DNA of 51,145 bases, taken from positions 1 through 51,145 of the forward strand of contig WGDA01000168.1 in the NCBI GenBank assembly GCA_015493505.1, given 5' to 3'. The position numbers and the translations under genes are program-made. Below the pieces are notes generated by a model. That model was not told where the DNA came from, did not search any database, and saw nothing but the letters and a program-made list of their open reading frames with translations. This stretch comes from Pseudomonadota bacterium. Lineage in GTDB: Bacteria > Desulfobacterota > S145-22. Shown one piece after another: positions 1 to 8,421 of the stretch (position 1 is its first letter; each line of letters begins with the position of its first letter).

Positions 1-621
1 GTTCAAAAACCTTATTTCACGCTTTTCAGGGATGGTTTTACCCTGATTGAGGTTATTGTCGTAATCGCCGCCATTGCCATTCTGGCGGCGATTTTGACTC
101 CCGTGGTTGCCAAGAACATCAAGGACGCGAAAGTTTCGCGGGCCGTCGGCGACGTGAAGGTTATCGCCGCCGCGGTGGGGGATTTCTTCAAGGATCTGAA
201 GGAGTGGCCTATTCTCATTGACGCGGCCAAACCTGTTGGGCCAGACAATCATCTTTACCTCCTCGTCGGTTACGGGAAAGACGGCGCCACAAACGGGGGC
301 ACCACCATGGACTGGAACAAAATAGGCGGATGGCCTGCCGAGAAAATTGATCGCATGGAGAATCACCTCATGAGAAACCATCCGCCCCTCCACCAATATG
401 ACCCCACCCTCTGGCATGGTCCTTATATCGCCCGCATCACGGCGGACCCATGGGGCACGCATTACAGTATCAACGTGGCGTATCTGACGCCTTATCACCC
501 GGAGGGTGAAGTCGTCTGGGTCATCAGCGCTGGTGAGAACAAGACGTGGGAAACGGAGATCGCCCAGAAGAATGATGATATCGTTATTGGAGGAGATGAT
601 ATTGTCTTCAGGATAAAGTAA
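1..621 (+). CDS. GspG-like prepilin/pseudopilin (pilin 1), 5'-truncated by the window edge
   Basis: Frame 1 is open from base 1: ...FRDG|FTLIEVIVVIAAIAILAAILTP (class III signal, E5). C-terminal WHGPY..DPWG..WVISAG..GDDI motifs as in GspG-type pseudopilins. The ORF-track start at 94 is too far downstream. Confidence 0.85.
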   Translation, partial: VQKPYFTLFRDGFTLIEVIVVIAAIAILAAILTPVVAKNIKDAKVSRAVGDVKVIAAAVGDFFKDLKEWPILIDAAKPVGPDNHLYLLVGYGKDGATNGGTTMDWNKIGGWPAEKIDRMENHLMRNHPPLHQYDPTLWHGPYIARITADPWGTHYSINVAYLTPYHPEGEVVWVISAGENKTWETEIAQKNDDIVIGGDDIVFRIK

Positions 622-665
622 CTTTTTCCGAGACCATCAGGGAAAAGGGGTGAATGTCTTTATAA

Positions 666-694
666 TTGACTTAAAACCTGAAACTTCTTATTTT
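666..694 (+). promoter_or_regulatory. Possible sigma-70 promoter for pilin 2 and downstream genes
   Basis: TTGACT-17 bp-TATTTT in an AT-rich gap. Confidence 0.35.
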
Positions 695-751
695 TTCGGA
701 AAGAAAGGCAAGGATATTTTTTTGAGAAACGAACACAAAGGAGGCAACAAA

Positions 752-1462
752 ATGCGACGAATACGGAACGCGAAGGGGTTTACCCTCATTGAAATTATCG
801 TGGTCATTGCCGTCATTGCCATACTGGCCGCGATCCTGGCCCCACAGATCGCGAAATATATCAAAGACGCCAAGGTGTCGAAGGCCCGGGCGGACGTGAA
901 CACTATCGCCGCGGCCATTGGGGATTTCTACAAAGACACCGGCCGTTGGCCCACGGCCAACGACGTAAACGGCACCACGGGGACATCCAGGACAAACGAC
1001 GGCATCTACATTCTTTACAGCGAACAGGGTGCCTTCGCGGCGGGCCATAGTACCGCGACAAACTATTGGAACACCTGGGCCCAGACTTCCAACCGGGGCG
1101 ATACCTTTCGTGATCAAATGGTATTGAACTGGATCCTGGGGAATTCAAACTGGCACTACCCCATCAAAACCGGCGCGCCTCCCGGGCTCTCCCTGACGGA
1201 TGTCTTGGGATGGCACGGGCCTTACCTCAAGACCGTTCCCTCCGACCCCTGGGGACACAAATACTATTGCAACGCGCTCGCGCTCTATTACGGCCAGGGG
1301 GCGTATATTTATGACCAGTGCTGGGTTATTTCCTCTGGGCCAAACGGGACCATTGAGACCCCGGTAGGCAGCCCGCTTGGGAATCCTCAGACGGGAGAGA
1401 TCAACAGCGACCCCATTGGAGGCGCAAACAGCGGCGACGATATCGGCACCATGATCAAGTAG
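752..1462 (+). CDS. GspG-like prepilin (pilin 2)
   Basis: Strong SD (AAGGAGG) before ATG 752; MRRIRNAKG|FTLIEII; GWHGPYL..DPWG; WVISSGPNG..GDDIG. Confidence 0.9.
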   Translation: MRRIRNAKGFTLIEIIVVIAVIAILAAILAPQIAKYIKDAKVSKARADVNTIAAAIGDFYKDTGRWPTANDVNGTTGTSRTNDGIYILYSEQGAFAAGHSTATNYWNTWAQTSNRGDTFRDQMVLNWILGNSNWHYPIKTGAPPGLSLTDVLGWHGPYLKTVPSDPWGHKYYCNALALYYGQGAYIYDQCWVISSGPNGTIETPVGSPLGNPQTGEINSDPIGGANSGDDIGTMIK

Positions 1463-1469
1463 GGGACAC

Positions 1470-2249
1470 ATGGAACGCGGAAAAACCGGAGAATCCCCCC
1501 CAATTATCTTGAGAGATGTATCCAAGCAATACCCCTCTCCCGGGCGATCCAGGGGAAAGGGCCAATGGGCCGTTAAAGACGTCACCCTTGAAATCGAAAG
1601 AGGTAAAATCTTCGGTTTCCTTGGGCCAAACGGGGCAGGGAAAACCACCACCATCAAAATGATGATGGGGCTGACGCGCCCCACAAGGGGCGCCATCTCT
1701 CTTCTGGGGATGCCTCATACCGCCGCGAAGGTCAGGCAGAGGATAGGGTTCCTTCCTGAAAATCCCCGGTTTCCAGGCACATTGACGGCGAAAGAAATCC
1801 TTGTGTGGACGGGAGAGATGATGGGATTGCCCCGGGCGAGTATCTCAAAAAAGGTGGAAGAGACCCTGAAAGAAGTCCTCCTCGATACCGCGGGAAGGAA
1901 AAAAGTGGGCTCTTTCTCCAAGGGGATGATTCAGCGCCTGGGTATCGCCCAGGCTATGATAACTTCTCCGGAGATTCTCATTCTGGATGAACCCCTCTCA
2001 GGCCTGGACCCTCCGGGACGTCAAATGGTATCAGAAATTCTTCGCAGAGAGCGCGAAAGGGGAAGCACCATTTTCTTCTCCTCCCACATCCTTTCTGATG
2101 TCAAGGCCCTGTGCGACGAGGTGGGCCTGATCGTGAATGGACATTTGAGGGCGCGAGGAACCCTGGAAGAGGTTTTTCAACTTGAGGGCGGGGAACCTCC
2201 CGCGTCCCTTGACAAGCGTTTCGCGGAGATCGTGGCAAACGATGCGTAA
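1470..2249 (+). CDS. ABC transporter ATP-binding protein (PilH-like, pilus-associated)
   Basis: Walker A GPNGAGKT, signature FSKGM, Walker B ILILDEP, H-loop SSH. Confidence 0.9.
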   Translation: MERGKTGESPPIILRDVSKQYPSPGRSRGKGQWAVKDVTLEIERGKIFGFLGPNGAGKTTTIKMMMGLTRPTRGAISLLGMPHTAAKVRQRIGFLPENPRFPGTLTAKEILVWTGEMMGLPRASISKKVEETLKEVLLDTAGRKKVGSFSKGMIQRLGIAQAMITSPEILILDEPLSGLDPPGRQMVSEILRRERERGSTIFFSSHILSDVKALCDEVGLIVNGHLRARGTLEEVFQLEGGEPPASLDKRFAEIVANDA

Positions 2250-3003
2250 AATTATTTCCCTCGCGAAAATAACGTTTCTCCAGGGCACGCGCACACGCGT
2301 GTTCTATACACTCCTCTTTTTTGGAGCCGTGATGGTCATCAGCACGGTTGTGTTAAATCAAATGACCGTGGGTGATCCAACGAAAATTATCCAGGATCTG
2401 GGACTTGCCACCCTGACTCTCTTCAGCCTCCTGATCATCGTCTTTATCGGAAACGAAATTCTTGGCAAAGACATGGAAAGCCAGACAATCTACCTAATCC
2501 TCAGCAAACCGATCGGAGGGGGGCAATACCTCTTGGGAAGATTTTTGGGGATTCTAACAATCCTTTACGCGAACATGCTTGCCTTTTCACTCATGATTCT
2601 CTTCCTGAATGCCCTTTACAGCCATACGCTAAAATGGTCTCTTTTCATCTCCGTCGGCCTCACAGCCCTTGAAATGGGTATTCTTCTCTCGTTTCTTATC
2701 CTTTTTTTCGTCTTTATCACGCCCACGCTGGCGCCATTTCTCGTCCTGGCGGTTTTCGTGACTGGACACACAACAACCGAAGTAAAAACCATCTTCGCCC
2801 ACAAACATGGGTTTTACCACCTGTTCTCCATCGCACTTTACTACCTCTTCCCCAATTTTGACCTCCTAAGTGTTCAGACAGAGGTGGTCCACAACGTTCA
2901 TATCCCCCTTTCCCACCTGTTTTATGGCATCGGTTACAGCTTGATTATTATTTGCCTGGTACTCTGGATTTCTTACCTAATTTTTTTGAACAGGGACTTT
3001 TAG
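2242..3003 (+). CDS. ABC-2 type permease (PilI-like)
   Basis: About six hydrophobic segments, motif IYLILSKPI...YLLGRFLG, C-terminal RDF; ATG 2242 overlaps the upstream stop. Confidence 0.85.
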   Translation: MRKIISLAKITFLQGTRTRVFYTLLFFGAVMVISTVVLNQMTVGDPTKIIQDLGLATLTLFSLLIIVFIGNEILGKDMESQTIYLILSKPIGGGQYLLGRFLGILTILYANMLAFSLMILFLNALYSHTLKWSLFISVGLTALEMGILLSFLILFFVFITPTLAPFLVLAVFVTGHTTTEVKTIFAHKHGFYHLFSIALYYLFPNFDLLSVQTEVVHNVHIPLSHLFYGIGYSLIIICLVLWISYLIFLNRDF

Positions 3004-3024
3004 CGCCTTGGTTGATGTCTTACC

Positions 3025-3897
3025 ATGACACATAAAAGAATTTCTCACACAATCATCTCCGCGTTGGTTATCCTCGCGCTCCTCACGCTAACCGTTTTTT
3101 TCAACCTCAGATTGAGCGCCGTTCAGAAAACGTATCCCTCGTTTACCGATCCGGCATTTCTTCCCTCCGCCAGGGCATTGCGCCTCGTCTGCCTCGATTT
3201 CGACGGATTGGCTGCCGATTTTGTCTGGATTAAGGGGGCCATTTATTTCGGGAGCCACTATCGCCAGCACGGATTCCGGTTTAAATGGATGAATGGCCTC
3301 CTGAACCTTGCGACCGATCTCGATCCCTTGTATCATGACGTGTACTGGTATGGATCCACTCTGCTCCCAAATGTGCATCAATCCATCCGGTTGCTGGAGA
3401 AGGGAATGAAACATTTTCCAAACGACTGGAAATTCCCTGAGATGATAGGGTTTTATTACCTGTATTACCTGAAGGACTATAAGTCTGCCGCGAAATTCTA
3501 TGAAATCGCCTCCACGAAACCGGGGCGTCCCCCGTTCGTCCCTTCTCTTGCCAGCCGGTTCTACACGGAGGCAGGGGAATTGAACGCCGCGATTCGCGTG
3601 CTGAAAAATTTTTACGACACAACCAAACGTAAAGACCTCAAAGAGGAATTCGGGCTCAGAATTATTCAGCTTCAGCAGATTAAGCGCCTCCAGATGCTTG
3701 TAAACCGGTATCACGATATTTATGGGCATTACCCCAAAACCCTTCAGGCGTTGATCCTAAAAGGGTTAATCGAAACACTTCCCAAAGAGCCTTTCGGGGG
3801 GTATTACTTCATCGACCCTCATGATCATCGGGTGAAAAGCAGCACGGATCCTTTAACGACTCCACCCGAGGGGAGGAGAAAACATGGCAAAGGGTAA
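3025..3897 (+). CDS. Membrane-anchored TPR-like pilus accessory protein (PilG/XapA-like)
   Basis: N-terminal TM helix, LAADFVWIK motif, TPR-like helices (LLEKGMKHFPNDWKFPEMIGFYY); follows the ABC pair. Confidence 0.65.
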   Translation: MTHKRISHTIISALVILALLTLTVFFNLRLSAVQKTYPSFTDPAFLPSARALRLVCLDFDGLAADFVWIKGAIYFGSHYRQHGFRFKWMNGLLNLATDLDPLYHDVYWYGSTLLPNVHQSIRLLEKGMKHFPNDWKFPEMIGFYYLYYLKDYKSAAKFYEIASTKPGRPPFVPSLASRFYTEAGELNAAIRVLKNFYDTTKRKDLKEEFGLRIIQLQQIKRLQMLVNRYHDIYGHYPKTLQALILKGLIETLPKEPFGGYYFIDPHDHRVKSSTDPLTTPPEGRRKHGKG

Positions 3898-5545
3898 ATT
3901 AGGAGAACGCCTCATTTCCATGGGGATTATCACCCCTGATCAACTTGAGCTGGCACTTAAAGAGCAGAAAAGGACCGGAAAATACCTGGGAGAAGTTATC
4001 AATTCCCTGGGGTTTGCCACGCAAGAGGCTATCCAGACGGCCCTGGCCATGCAGTCCGGCGTCAACTATGTCAATTTGAAAGAGTATTTGATTGACCCGG
4101 AGGCGATCCGTCTGGTCCCGGAATCTTTCGCCAGGGAAAAACTCCTTATTCCACTTTCCGTGGACGGAGATACCCTGACGGTGGCCATGGCGAACGTCTT
4201 CGACCTCCCCACCATCGACGCTCTCCAGCAGATGACGGGATATTTTATCGACGTCAGTGCGGCAAACGAAACGGACATTCAGCAGGCCATCGACCAGTAC
4301 TATGGGAACGTAAAATCGCTCGAAGAGATTATCCAGGAAGCCATTAAAATCGCGGAGTCCAAAGGTGGGGCCGGGCTTGGGGAAGACGTGGAAGCTGCCC
4401 CCATCGTTCGGTTGGTGGACCACCTTATCGTGGAAGGGACCAAACAACGGGCAACGGATATCCATATTGAACCGGAAAGGCAGGTGGTTCGAACCCGATT
4501 CAGGATCGACGGTATCCTTCAGCAGGGCATTTCCCTTCCCAAAATTCTCCAATCCGCGCTGATTGCCCGCATCAAAATTATGGCGGGGATAAATATCGCT
4601 GAAAGCCGCGTCCCCCAGGACGGAAGAATCCTGTTTCATATCGGAAAAAGGACCATTGACCTGCGTGTTTCCACCATGCCAACCATCTACGGCGAAGACA
4701 TCGTCCTGCGGCTGCTCGACAAGGAGAACCTGATTCTTGGCCTCGATAAGCTTGGTTTTTCTCCGGAACATATTCAGATGTACCGGCAGCAGATTAACCG
4801 GCCGCATGGGATTATCCTGGTCACGGGACCCACGGGAAGCGGCAAAACCACCACCCTTTACTCAACCTTGAGTCACATCAATAACCTGGAGCGTTCCATC
4901 ATCACCCTGGAGGACCCGGTTGAGTATGAACTGACCGTCATCCGCCAGACCCAGGTGAACCCAAAAGCGGGCCTCACGTTTGCCACCGGCCTCCGTTCCA
5001 TCCTGCGCCACGACCCAGACATTATTTTTGTCGGTGAGATGCGGGACTCTGAAACCGCCGACATGGCGATACGCTCCGCCCTGACGGGCCATCTGGTCCT
5101 CTCCACGCTTCACACCAATGACGCGGTGGGAAGTATCCCCAGGCTCATGAACATGGGCGTGGAACCGTTCCTGCTCGCCTCCGCCCTGAACGCGGTTATC
5201 GCGCAGCGGCTGGTCCGCGTGATCTGTCCCAACTGCAAGGCTCCCTATGACCCAGAACCACGCCTGAAGAAGCGGTTCGGACTCCCCGCCGACCCCGGCT
5301 TCACCTTCTATCATGGAACTGGCTGCCAGCATTGCGGAAACACCGGCTACCGGGGGCGTATCGGCATTTTTGAAGTCCTCGCGATTTCTTCGCAGATCGA
5401 ATCCATGATCATGGAGAAGGAAGACACACAAGCCATCAAGGAACGGGCCTTGTCCGAAGGTTTCATCACCATGGAGCAGGACGGAATCCGAAAGGTCCGG
5501 GAAGGCATCACCACCCTTGAAGAGGTGGAGCGGGTGGTTGCCTAA
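3884..5545 (+). CDS. Type IV pilus/T2SS assembly ATPase (PilB/GspE/MshE family) with N-terminal MshEN-like domain
   Basis: ATDIHIEP, Walker [28 protein letters not shown], His boxes TGHLVLSTLH, Zn motif CPNC..CQHC. Confidence 0.95.
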   Translation: MAKGKLGERLISMGIITPDQLELALKEQKRTGKYLGEVINSLGFATQEAIQTALAMQSGVNYVNLKEYLIDPEAIRLVPESFAREKLLIPLSVDGDTLTVAMANVFDLPTIDALQQMTGYFIDVSAANETDIQQAIDQYYGNVKSLEEIIQEAIKIAESKGGAGLGEDVEAAPIVRLVDHLIVEGTKQRATDIHIEPERQVVRTRFRIDGILQQGISLPKILQSALIARIKIMAGINIAESRVPQDGRILFHIGKRTIDLRVSTMPTIYGEDIVLRLLDKENLILGLDKLGFSPEHIQMYRQQINRPHGIILVTGPTGSGKTTTLYSTLSHINNLERSIITLEDPVEYELTVIRQTQVNPKAGLTFATGLRSILRHDPDIIFVGEMRDSETADMAIRSALTGHLVLSTLHTNDAVGSIPRLMNMGVEPFLLASALNAVIAQRLVRVICPNCKAPYDPEPRLKKRFGLPADPGFTFYHGTGCQHCGNTGYRGRIGIFEVLAISSQIESMIMEKEDTQAIKERALSEGFITMEQDGIRKVREGITTLEEVERVVA

Positions 5546-6747
5546 TGCCAGCCTTCAAATACAAAGCGGTGGACCAAAGCGGCAAGCGCGTATCAGGCGT
5601 CCTTTACGCGGAAAACGAGCAGGACCTTCAGGACAGCCTTCGCGGCATGCGCCTCTATCTCGTTGAGGCCAAGGAAACAAAACCCTCCCAAGAAATCAGG
5701 TTGTGGAAAAAAGTCAAGCGAAAAGACCTCCTCACCTTTACCGTTCATTTACAGACCATCGTATCCGCCGGCATTCCCATCATCCAGGGTCTTGGAGACC
5801 TCATTGAACAGACGAACAATCAAACCTTCAAAAAGGTCCTTGAAGACGTCCGGGCCGCCATTCAAAGTGGTTCCACCCTGTCTGAGGCGCTGGAGAGGCA
5901 CCCCAAGGCTTTCTCAAACCTCTTTGTCAGTGTTATCCGCGCCGGCGAGGCTTCTGGTAACCTGGACTCTGTCCTGAAAGACCTCATCTCTTTCCTTGAA
6001 TGGCAGGAAGAGATTATTTCGAGTATTCGTCAGGCCACCATTTACCCGATTATCGTCCTGACAGCGGTAACGGGCCTGGTCATTCTTTTGATGACTTTTG
6101 TTTTTCCAAGATTTTCCATTATCTTTGAAAAGGCGAACGTCCCCCTGCCCCTTCCGACCCGGATCGTCATGGGTGTCAGCCATTTCCTTGTCCATGACTG
6201 GGGATACCTCATCGGGGCTCTTATCATTCTCGCATTTCTCTTTCATATCTTTTCCAAAACGGATACAGGCCGCCACCTCATTGACAGGCTGAAACTCAGA
6301 ATTCCCGTCTTTGGCAACCTGATTTTGAAAATCAACCTTTCCAGGTTCTCCCATTATCTTGGCACCCTCATCAGGGCTGGCATCGATATCACCCAGGCAC
6401 TCAGGATTGTCGAGAATGTCATTGGCAACGTCATTATTTCCGATATTATTCGCCTGGTTCGGGCGCGGGTTCAGGCGGGTGAATTTATGTCTGATACCCT
6501 GAAAGAACATCCTGAGTTCCCTCCGCTGGTCGTCCGGATGATATCCATCGGAGAAACCAGCGGAAATCTCGAAGAGACCCTGGGAAAGGTTTCCACCTAT
6601 TACGACCGCGAGGTCCCCGTTACGATTAAAAAGGTCTTCGCCGTTTTTGAGCCCCTTGTTATCGTTTTTCTGGCATCCATCGTCCTTCTTATGGCTCTTT
6701 CCATGTTCTTGCCGCTTTATCAGATGATGGGGGTTATCGCAAAATAA
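5545..6747 (+). CDS. Inner-membrane platform protein (PilC/GspF/MshG family)
   Basis: MPAFKYKA start, two GE(A/T)SGNL repeats, YP motif, EP...LPLY C-terminus, three TM segments. Confidence 0.95.
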   Translation: MPAFKYKAVDQSGKRVSGVLYAENEQDLQDSLRGMRLYLVEAKETKPSQEIRLWKKVKRKDLLTFTVHLQTIVSAGIPIIQGLGDLIEQTNNQTFKKVLEDVRAAIQSGSTLSEALERHPKAFSNLFVSVIRAGEASGNLDSVLKDLISFLEWQEEIISSIRQATIYPIIVLTAVTGLVILLMTFVFPRFSIIFEKANVPLPLPTRIVMGVSHFLVHDWGYLIGALIILAFLFHIFSKTDTGRHLIDRLKLRIPVFGNLILKINLSRFSHYLGTLIRAGIDITQALRIVENVIGNVIISDIIRLVRARVQAGEFMSDTLKEHPEFPPLVVRMISIGETSGNLEETLGKVSTYYDREVPVTIKKVFAVFEPLVIVFLASIVLLMALSMFLPLYQMMGVIAK

Positions 6748-6748
6748 G

Positions 6749-6837
6749 TTCACGATCACGAGGATGTGTTACTTTTTGTAGAAATCCCTACGTAACTTGT
6801 AGTTATTCTTATACGAACATCCCAACACGTGCGTGAA
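6749..6837. repeat. Imperfect inverted repeat just after the pilC-like gene
   Basis: TTCACG..CACG.GGATGT / ACATCC..CGTG CGTGAA; a related hairpin lies at 17041-17089. Confidence 0.5.
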
Positions 6838-6980
6838 TACAGGATACGCCGGAGAAAAATTTAGACATGGACGCATTTGAAAAAAAAATTGAAAGGATAC
6901 CACGCAGAAAGCCTCAAGTTCAGGGAGCGCGATTTCTGAATAATAAGGTGGTCTTGAGGGATGCTGCGATGATTCGCCCT

Positions 6981-7047
6981 GCCCTGCCTGCCCAGTGGAA
7001 CCCGAAACCTTTTGAAGGCTCACTCGGAACAGCTTCGCAGGATAGTA
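6981..7047 (+). repeat. Dispersed REP/MITE-like repeat, copy A
   Basis: Aligns without gaps to the reverse complement of 24225-24291; first 16 nt identical (GCCCTGCCTGCCCAGT), 30 of first 34 identical. Confidence 0.7.
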
Positions 7048-7079
7048 CGGGGATCAAACCGATTTTGTCAAATTTAACA

Positions 7080-7095
7080 TGGCATGTATATTGCT
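7080..7095 (+). promoter_or_regulatory. Sigma-54 (RpoN) -24/-12 promoter
   Basis: TGGCATGTATATTGCT matches TGGCAC-N5-TTGCW with correct GG-N10-GC spacing, 37 nt before the pilin 3 ATG. Confidence 0.85.
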
Positions 7096-7132
7096 TAATA
7101 CAAAGTGATTGTGATCTGAAGTGGAGGACAAA

Positions 7133-7777
7133 ATGAAATATCTTAAACAGCAAGGCGGCTTTACCTTAATGGAAGCCATTGTCGTCATCGCCGTTCTATC
7201 GATCCTCGCAGGCACTCTTGTGCCACTTGCCATCAAAAACATCGACGATTCGAAGATTTCAGCCGCCAAGGCAGACGTGAAAGCGATTGCCGCCGCCATC
7301 ACCAACCTCCGATATAATACCGGTAAATACCCGCACCTGCCTGACAGCGGCGACTATTACACCAACCATCTCTACCTGATATACTCGGGCAAGACCTTTG
7401 TACAACCGACCTACGGCTTTTCCGACAAATCTGGGTACACAAACACGAGCCGGAACGACGCCCTCTTCAACCATCTCATTCAAAACAAACCGGGCGCATC
7501 CAACCACTACGAAAACTGGGAAGGACCGTATCTCGCCTCTGACAAACTTGACCCGTGGGGACGCAGTTATATCGTCACCGTGATTGGATACGCCCATTGC
7601 CTGAACAATTATGGGTGGCCCTATGTCTGGGTTATCTCCGCGGGTCCCGACACACGCCTGGACACCTCCGCAAAAATTGGGGGCAGCCACGGCGCGCCGG
7701 ATGGCCAGCTCGCAGGTGACGACATCGGGTTGCTCATCTTTCAGGGTTCCACATCCCCTCCCTGTAAACCTGAGTAA
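7133..7777 (+). CDS. GspG-like prepilin (pilin 3)
   Basis: SD GGAGG before ATG 7133; MKYLKQQGG|FTLMEAI; WEGPYL..DPWG; WVISAGPD..GDDIG. Confidence 0.9.
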   Translation: MKYLKQQGGFTLMEAIVVIAVLSILAGTLVPLAIKNIDDSKISAAKADVKAIAAAITNLRYNTGKYPHLPDSGDYYTNHLYLIYSGKTFVQPTYGFSDKSGYTNTSRNDALFNHLIQNKPGASNHYENWEGPYLASDKLDPWGRSYIVTVIGYAHCLNNYGWPYVWVISAGPDTRLDTSAKIGGSHGAPDGQLAGDDIGLLIFQGSTSPPCKPE

Positions 7778-7788
7778 GGATAGACGCG

Positions 7789-8409
7789 ATGAGAGATAAA
7801 AGAAGAAAAACAGGATTCACTCTGATTGAGGTTATTATTGTCCTGGCGGTCATCTCCATTCTAGCGTCCATCCTGGTACCTATCGCCGTGAGGAACATCG
7901 ATGACGCCCGGCTGGCCGCTGCCACGAAAGACACCCAGTCCATCGCCACAGCCATCGTCAATTTCCATATCGATGTGCGTCCTTACTGGCCCGCCTATTC
8001 CACACAGAGCAATTTCACGAACCACAACCCGGATGTTTACATCCTTGAATCCGAAAACGGGAACGTTCCGACGGCGAACCATAACGAATACTGGATCAGC
8101 ACGTTCAAACATGACACCCTTGAAAATCAGCTTCTTTTAAACAACCCGGATTACCCAAACTGGAAGGGCCCTTATCTTGGAAGCATCAAAGCGGACCCTT
8201 GGGGAAACCATTACTACGTCTCGATTGGGTCCCTTTGGGACAAAAACTGGTCCGCGGCGGGCCCGGCAAACAGCCCCGCCCAGGCGTGGGCCATTTCAGC
8301 CGGGCCAAACGGGAATATCGATACCGACCCGAAAGGCCCTCTAAACAGCGACCCCACCCCCCCGCCAGGAGACGATATAGGCTTCCTTGTCTCCTCTTAT
8401 AACGGATAA
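7789..8409 (+). CDS. GspG-like prepilin (pilin 4)
   Basis: MRDKRRKTG|FTLIEVI; WKGPYL..DPWG; WAISAGPNG..GDDIG. Confidence 0.9.
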   Translation: MRDKRRKTGFTLIEVIIVLAVISILASILVPIAVRNIDDARLAAATKDTQSIATAIVNFHIDVRPYWPAYSTQSNFTNHNPDVYILESENGNVPTANHNEYWISTFKHDTLENQLLLNNPDYPNWKGPYLGSIKADPWGNHYYVSIGSLWDKNWSAAGPANSPAQAWAISAGPNGNIDTDPKGPLNSDPTPPPGDDIGFLVSSYNG

Positions 8410-8421
8410 GGAACAGTGAGC

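Noticed and set aside
752-1462. Electrically conductive pilin (hand count 25 F/W/Y in 227 mature residues, about 11%)
   Set aside because: The last ~45 residues have no aromatics, the fold is GspG-like rather than short PilA-like, and aromatic content alone is a contested predictor.
6867-7136. 89-aa ORF upstream of pilin 3
   Set aside because: It runs through repeat elements and the sigma-54 promoter. Its similarity to ORF 23869-24306 is explained by the shared DNA repeat.
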